The translations under genes were made by a program, and so were the position numbers. Under the pieces are notes generated by a model. That model saw only the letters and a list, made by a program, of their open reading frames with translations. It was not told the DNA's origin and did no database searches. Below are positions 45,990 through 50,765 of a stretch of DNA of 50,765 bases, piece after piece; positions within the stretch are counted from its first letter, which is position 1; each line of letters starts with the position of its first letter. This DNA comes from a virus (taxonomy: Duplodnaviria > Caudoviricetes). The stretch is from positions 1-50,765 of IMG/VR virus record IMGVR_UViG_3300048589_000316; one strand, written 5' to 3'.

Positions 45990-46474
45990 ATCTTGTTAAT
46001 TTCACTAAATGACTTCCATCCAACTTCTGTAAAATTTGTAGAGTAAACTTCCTTTCTGGGTTTTATTGGTCTCCAATTTGGATCGCAAAATAATCTATAA
46101 TGCCAGACATCGTTTTTTATTCCAACATTAGAATAAGGAGGTTCACACCACACTAAATTTTTACTAAATCCAAAAAACATTTCAACCAATTTATGAGCTA
46201 TCTTCATTTTGTGGGGTTTCCTATTTCCAAATTTATCTACAAAACTGATTGACAAATGATAGCACCTTTCATAATCTGGATTTTTCCACCATCCACAAGT
46301 ATGGTGCCCAGAATCCCTTGTGAAAATAATCATAGCATCATACTTTTCAATCCAAAACCGGCAATTCCAAAAATAGTCATTTGGTTCTGGCGTATTGAAT
46401 ATTCCTTTAGCTGAATTAACTACAACGGTTTTTATTATTTGATTCTCACTCATGTTCATACTTAAAACTCTCAT
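45986..46474 (-). CDS. Hypothetical protein
   Basis: RD.GHH..GWWKNPDYERCYHLSIS. Confidence 0.65.
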   Translation of the reverse strand: MRVLSMNMSENQIIKTVVVNSAKGIFNTPEPNDYFWNCRFWIEKYDAMIIFTRDSGHHTCGWWKNPDYERCYHLSISFVDKFGNRKPHKMKIAHKLVEMFFGFSKNLVWCEPPYSNVGIKNDVWHYRLFCDPNWRPIKPRKEVYSTNFTEVGWKSFSEINKI

Positions 46475-46477
46475 GAC

Positions 46478-46747
46478 CTACTGTTTTTCTAAATCGATTT
46501 CTATTCCAAATAAATGATTCGGTATAAATCTATGCTGTAGGTTGAGTTTGACCATGATCCTAATACTTGACCGGCTCATTCTCAAAAATTCACTATCAGC
46601 ATAGTAAAGAGTCTTGAACTCCTTGGGTGCTACATGATCAAGGAACTCATAATATTTTATCACTTTTCCTTGTTTCAACTCTAAAAGATCGTTTTTAAGC
46701 GTTCTGATGCGTTTATTTAGCAATGGGGTTGGTATTGTGTCTCTCAT
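46478..46747 (-). CDS. Hypothetical protein
   Basis: 89-aa ORF. Confidence 0.55.
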   Translation of the reverse strand: MRDTIPTPLLNKRIRTLKNDLLELKQGKVIKYYEFLDHVAPKEFKTLYYADSEFLRMSRSSIRIMVKLNLQHRFIPNHLFGIEIDLEKQ

Positions 46748-46798
46748 ACGTTGTTTCGCTGTGGTGTTATACGTGGTGACTTCCTGTGGGTTGTTTGA

Positions 46799-46963
46799 CT
46801 ATATTCCAGAATGGATCTCACAAAGTAATGCAAGTTCGGGCAACATTTCATCAAACTTGGCTTTCATTTCAGTTATCTGACTAGGATCTGACCCAAAGTT
46901 ATAAGCATAGTTCAAATCTTCATTGAAGTCAAGCAACTTTTTTATAAGTTCGTCGGTATTCAT
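46799..46963 (-). CDS. Small hypothetical protein (54 aa)
   Basis: MNTDELIKKLLDF...; directly after a repeated promoter and leader. Confidence 0.5.
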   Translation of the reverse strand: MNTDELIKKLLDFNEDLNYAYNFGSDPSQITEMKAKFDEMLPELALLCEIHSGI

Positions 46964-47020
46964 GATATTGTGATGTTTAAATGTTTATTACAGTAAATGT
47001 ATGTATAAATATTTATATAA
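46964..47020 (-). promoter_or_regulatory. Early-type promoter, operator and leader copy
   Basis: TATAAATATTTATA at 47004-47017, TACATTTA, AAACATTTAAACATCAC leader. Confidence 0.75.
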
Positions 47021-47036
47021 AAAAGATAAATCGAAT

Positions 47037-47064
47037 AAAAAAGCCCATCTACGAATAGACAGGC
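47037..47064 (-). terminator. Terminator after the major tail gene
   Basis: GCCCATCTA-CGAA-TAGACAGGC with a T-run. Confidence 0.6.
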
Positions 47065-47086
47065 CAATTCAACTAATCAATAAACA

Positions 47087-47614
47087 CTATGTTACCGCTA
47101 CCTTTTTAATGGTGTACGGTGCCCCTTTTGTACCTCCTGCTGAAACTGGTGTATTAGCCGTAGCTGTCACATCAATTGCCAATAGGTTGTTTTTAGTGAT
47201 CGTACCTTGATGCCTTGCAGAAATTTTAGCATAAGGGAACTCAATTGTCATGTAGAATCCATTGATTGCCTTACTGGTCAATCTAACGGACAGATAAGTA
47301 TCTGCTATACTTTCTGGTGCATCCCATGTTTTTGTTCCATCAGTGTACGTACCACCCATCAGTAATACTAATGCATCCCCGAAAACTTCAAATAACCTAA
47401 AGGTTAAAATGTTTGGGTTTGCCGCTGCAGATAATGTCAAATAGGCATCTTCCTGCTCTGTAGTAATCGTTTCTTCATTGGCTTCCGACCCATCGAAATT
47501 AGTAGAGTTAAGTTCAACTACGTTAAATTCTGTCAAACTTGCACCCATTATCCCATCACCTGGGGCACCGATCTCAATCTTCGCAACACCTAAAACGTTA
47601 TCATTCTTTGCCAT
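47087..47614 (-). CDS. Major tail tube protein
   Basis: GVAKIEIG...DG.MG motif; position after the neck genes. Confidence 0.75.
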   Translation of the reverse strand: MAKNDNVLGVAKIEIGAPGDGIMGASLTEFNVVELNSTNFDGSEANEETITTEQEDAYLTLSAAANPNILTFRLFEVFGDALVLLMGGTYTDGTKTWDAPESIADTYLSVRLTSKAINGFYMTIEFPYAKISARHQGTITKNNLLAIDVTATANTPVSAGGTKGAPYTIKKVAVT

Positions 47615-47626
47615 GATTTTAAAATT

Positions 47627-48028
47627 TTATAATGTTAAATAATTTATTTTGATATTGTAAAAAAACTTTCCCTTACTCTCTTGGCTTTTAAAGAACCCCT
47701 TATCATCTTCAATATTTAAATGAAGTGTAATTTGGTGATCTTCAAAATAGTGCTCCTTTTCATTTACCAGTGGAAAGATAAGATCCACTAATTCCTTCAT
47801 CCTTTTCAAATTTGCTACATCTTCATTAATGCCCATGATATGAACGTTAATATTTAAGAACCCCTCTTGTAGATATTGGACCCGATTGTTCAAAAGATTT
47901 ATGCAAACGTTTTCATTCTGATCTCCCATTACTTCATCACCTATAATCACTTTCCCACTGATCACGGTTTTTAATACCGGATTAAGGATCTTGAAAACTC
48001 CTGATAATATATCAAAACTTGATTGCAC
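47627..48028 (-). CDS. Tail terminator
   Basis: G.LNINVH motif; synteny. Confidence 0.65.
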   Translation of the reverse strand: MQSSFDILSGVFKILNPVLKTVISGKVIIGDEVMGDQNENVCINLLNNRVQYLQEGFLNINVHIMGINEDVANLKRMKELVDLIFPLVNEKEHYFEDHQITLHLNIEDDKGFFKSQESKGKFFYNIKINYLTL

Positions 48029-48461
48029 TTAGTAATTTTTTAAACTCGTTGTCACTTGGTACACTGCCTGTAATAACATCATACCCCTTTGTTTCTACAT
48101 ACGCTGCATAGCGCATCCCTGCTACCCCTATCAGAACATATCCTTTTGGATAAAGTTGGGCAATTTCGTTGGCGTATGCCAATCCAACTGACTTCCCTTC
48201 AATGGTATTCGCCTTACTAGACCCTGCAAAGTTTCTGGTAACGACTTGACCATCCCTAAGAATTAAGTAACCAATGCTACTTCTTAAATTTCCAGTTCTG
48301 TCAATATAGGTACTTATAGTTCGCGCTCTATTAATAAACTGTTCGCCCTGATAAGCTAGAACATTTATTGCTCTTTCATCATACTCCTTCCTTCTCTGAT
48401 CCAGAACGTTTTCGATCTGCTTAGTAGTAAAGAGTGCTTTCAGTCCATTTAATTTAGCCAT
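48012..48461 (-). CDS. Neck protein (HK97 gp10-like)
   Basis: DRTGNLRSSIGY and GM.YAAYVE.KGYDV motifs. Confidence 0.8.
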   Translation of the reverse strand: MAKLNGLKALFTTKQIENVLDQRRKEYDERAINVLAYQGEQFINRARTISTYIDRTGNLRSSIGYLILRDGQVVTRNFAGSSKANTIEGKSVGLAYANEIAQLYPKGYVLIGVAGMRYAAYVETKGYDVITGSVPSDNEFKKLLSAIKF

Positions 48462-48745
48462 ATCACTGTGTGGGTTTGCATTGGTATAATTCTAACTATA
48501 TCCCATTTTCTACCCTCATAGCGAAATAAGGTATTCTCCATACCAAACAGTTTTAACACACCCTTAGATTTTGGCATGAAAAACTTAGCGTTATACCCCC
48601 TGTCCAGTCCGCTTTTATGCTCAAAACGTCCTGTTAATGAAATGGTGGTACATTCGTTTTCAGTTACACCTACGATCCCATCTTCTGTATCAGTTAGCAA
48701 CTCTGGTACAATTAATTTGGCCATATGTGGGTATCGTGTTATCAT
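48449..48745 (-). CDS. Head closure (stopper) protein
   Basis: Synteny; RYPH...GRFE...IW pattern. Confidence 0.55.
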   Translation of the reverse strand: MITRYPHMAKLIVPELLTDTEDGIVGVTENECTTISLTGRFEHKSGLDRGYNAKFFMPKSKGVLKLFGMENTLFRYEGRKWDIVRIIPMQTHTVIWLN

Positions 48746-49065
48746 CCTAGTTTAGTGATCTTCAAATCTAGTTTTGTGTAACCTAATTCTTGGTACTTAT
48801 CATCGTTATACTTCAAGTAAATGTTTCTGGCCCTCAACATCAATATATCTCTATTTGCCTGTACTGTTAACTCACCTTCTCTATAATTGGGAACGGTGGC
48901 TAATTCCAAATAAAGATCTGCTGAAATCAGTTCCATACTTTTCAATTCACTAGCCGTATAATCATCGGTCATTTCAACCCCCCTGCTTGTGAACGCCAAC
49001 TCGATTACTCGATCTGGAACGTTCACAAATGTTGGGTTAGATTTTATAGCATCTTCGATAGTCAT
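48742..49065 (-). CDS. Head-tail adaptor
   Basis: ADLY.....PN..EG motif; directly after the capsid gene. Confidence 0.6.
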   Translation of the reverse strand: MTIEDAIKSNPTFVNVPDRVIELAFTSRGVEMTDDYTASELKSMELISADLYLELATVPNYREGELTVQANRDILMLRARNIYLKYNDDKYQELGYTKLDLKITKLG

Positions 49066-49077
49066 TGCACTAAGGTA

Positions 49078-50154
49078 TTAACTCCAAGTTGTTGCGTTTA
49101 GAGTGTTCAAAAGGAAAATTCCTTTTACATTGTTTAGGGTCGGGAACGCTACTGACTCCCCTTTGGTGTAAACCCTGAATGGGTTTCTGTCATTCCAACG
49201 AGTGATCCGTACTATATCCCTGTTTGCTGCCATTGCTGCAGGATCAGCATATCCTTCCACTTTTTCCTCTGCAGTCAAAGTAAATTGAGTGCTACCGGCA
49301 GTGGGTGAAGATAGGAAAGCAACTTTTCCTGTACTCCATGGGCTGTAAGTGGTCAATGATCCATCTTTACCTTCAATTGTCACAGTTGAATCTATGATAA
49401 CAATAGGTGGTAAACCATTGCTGTTCAAGATCACATTGATCTGTTCCAAGGTAGGAGATAAGTAACCTACAGACAATCCTAAAAGGCCAGAATACTGCTC
49501 TTTAACTTCGGTTGTCGCTCTCATAAGGTCAAAGGTAGTTTCTTCCATATAAATGGCCTGTACTTTGTACCCTTTGCCTTTAGCGTATCTTACACGCTCT
49601 TTCAAATCTGCAATTGGTTTTGCAGTTGCTGCAGTACTCCAAATAACGGCTGCACCTTTCTTGTTTCCAGAAGGAATACCAAAGGTCGCTTTGGTCAATA
49701 CTCCAATGTTGTTTGAACTGGTAATATCTACAATTCCTGTAGACAAGGCTTGCATCGCCATTTCTTCCAATCTCATGTGAACACCTCTGTAGGATCTTCC
49801 AACATCACCAAAGATGATCTTGTAAATCTGTGCTTCCAAACCTCTAGGGCTATTCTGTAAAGCATACAGGTTGTGTAACTGCTTCTCGCTAACTTGATTC
49901 AATAGAGATATTTTCTCGATTGCACCAGTCTGCATAGCAGCATCAGGTCGTTTTTTTAGCCTTGCGCTAGAATCGTGCGCAATGACATCAGCACTAATGG
50001 TCAAATCGCCATCAGCTTCCAAACTCTCCCAAGATAAATTCGATGTGAATTGGGCAGGGAACAAACTTCTATATGCGAAGCTTGGCTCTTGTAATCCAGC
50101 TAATACCACTTCTAAGGCTTTCTGGGTTACGTCTTGAAATCTTTTAATTGCCAT
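49078..50154 (-). CDS. Major capsid protein (lambda gpE-like family)
   Basis: RLEEMAMQALSTG and W.......PIADL motifs; 358 aa. Confidence 0.88.
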   Translation of the reverse strand: MAIKRFQDVTQKALEVVLAGLQEPSFAYRSLFPAQFTSNLSWESLEADGDLTISADVIAHDSSARLKKRPDAAMQTGAIEKISLLNQVSEKQLHNLYALQNSPRGLEAQIYKIIFGDVGRSYRGVHMRLEEMAMQALSTGIVDITSSNNIGVLTKATFGIPSGNKKGAAVIWSTAATAKPIADLKERVRYAKGKGYKVQAIYMEETTFDLMRATTEVKEQYSGLLGLSVGYLSPTLEQINVILNSNGLPPIVIIDSTVTIEGKDGSLTTYSPWSTGKVAFLSSPTAGSTQFTLTAEEKVEGYADPAAMAANRDIVRITRWNDRNPFRVYTKGESVAFPTLNNVKGIFLLNTLNATTWS

Positions 50155-50191
50155 TTCTTAAATATTAAATGTTAATAAATTATTTTGATCC

Positions 50192-50554
50192 TTATATGAA
50201 GGAAATACCGGGCAATGCTCCTTTTACGGTTGCATTGATTGCAAAAGGCAATTTAGCTTCGTTCACTACCCCTCTTATACAAATTGATGCATAAGGTTTT
50301 GCTTTAGGAACTTCTTGATACAGAATACCTACTACCTTATCATCGTCAGCTTCCAAGTTAGCTTCCAACAAAGGTCGGTACTTACCTGAAACAACAATGA
50401 TCGGTGTTCCTTCTGGAATATAACCATCAGAATCATACTCTGTAGTTACTCCTGTCAAATCTAACTCTGCACCGCCAGGTACATCAGCTAGCATTTTTTC
50501 GACTACATTCTTACCTCCTGTAACAACGCTATCGCTACCAATAATCTCTGCCAT
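50192..50554 (-). CDS. Head decoration protein
   Basis: PGG..LD, IPEGTP, GILY and GVVNEAKLP motifs; upstream of the capsid gene. Confidence 0.7.
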   Translation of the reverse strand: MAEIIGSDSVVTGGKNVVEKMLADVPGGAELDLTGVTTEYDSDGYIPEGTPIIVVSGKYRPLLEANLEADDDKVVGILYQEVPKAKPYASICIRGVVNEAKLPFAINATVKGALPGISFI

Positions 50555-50575
50555 GTCTTAAATTTTAAAAATTAA

Positions 50576-50638
50576 TTAAAGTTGTTTTGCCATTTCAGCC
50601 AATTCTTTTTCGTCGGCTGTGGTCATTTTGCTTTGGTT
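50576..50638 (-). CDS. Scaffolding protein, 3' end (joins 1-657)
   Basis: In frame across the circular junction; stop at 50576. Confidence 0.7.
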   Translation of the reverse strand, partial: NQSKMTTADEKELAEMAKQL

Positions 50639-50765
50639 TTTGTCCGTCCTGTCACTAAACGAATAGGTATCCGTTCCTGCGATGTCCGTGTAAACTTCTG
50701 CGTATTCAGTCTCAAGCGCTTCAATCTGATCATCCACGCTAGTTTCTGATTTAAGATCAATACGA
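50639..50765. repeat. 127-bp terminal direct repeat (copy 2)
   Basis: Identical to 1-127. Confidence 0.95.

Noticed and set aside
362-49780. Many plus-strand ORFs in the track (for example 362-682, 22114-22581, 34020-34505)
   Set aside because: Antisense shadows of well-supported minus-strand genes, with no recognisable motifs
50639-50765. Biological direct terminal repeat
   Set aside because: 127 bp equals a common assembler k-mer and the repeat falls mid-gene, so it is best read as circular overlap
1-50765. Stop-codon reassignment or tRNA genes
   Set aside because: Core genes are intact under the standard code with TAG and TGA used as stops; no tRNA cloverleaf was seen by eye (not scanned)

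Overview
Apparently complete, circularly assembled ~50.6 kb tailed phage genome of siphovirus type. Positions 1-127 repeat exactly at 50639-50765, giving a unit length of 50,638 bp. The host is inferred to be Bacteroidota from TAnnTTTG promoters, AT-rich leaders without Shine-Dalgarno sequences, and signal peptides followed by Gln. Nearly all genes lie on the minus strand. They cover packaging and head, neck and tail (with a -1 frameshifted chaperone), lysis, recombination and replication (annealing protein, RecE-like nuclease, initiator, DnaB, RuvC, NinB) and many small accessory genes. I recognise no integrase, CI repressor or DNA polymerase. The main unexplained structure is at 6531-10023: six integron attC-like hairpins delimit five cassettes, and each cassette's two core sites are largely complementary. 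The cargo genes run opposite to the sites, two sit partly or wholly inside the hairpin loops, and a second nested inverted-repeat element occurs twice. Other signals are a palindromic operator/leader shared by early promoters, a candidate antisense sRNA against that leader, a conserved late-promoter motif, a ParB + GREB1-like glycosyltransferase + MgsA-C cluster, and signal-peptide proteins (including a PL1 pectate lyase) in the tail module. All protein calls come from motif recognition by eye; no database searches were run.
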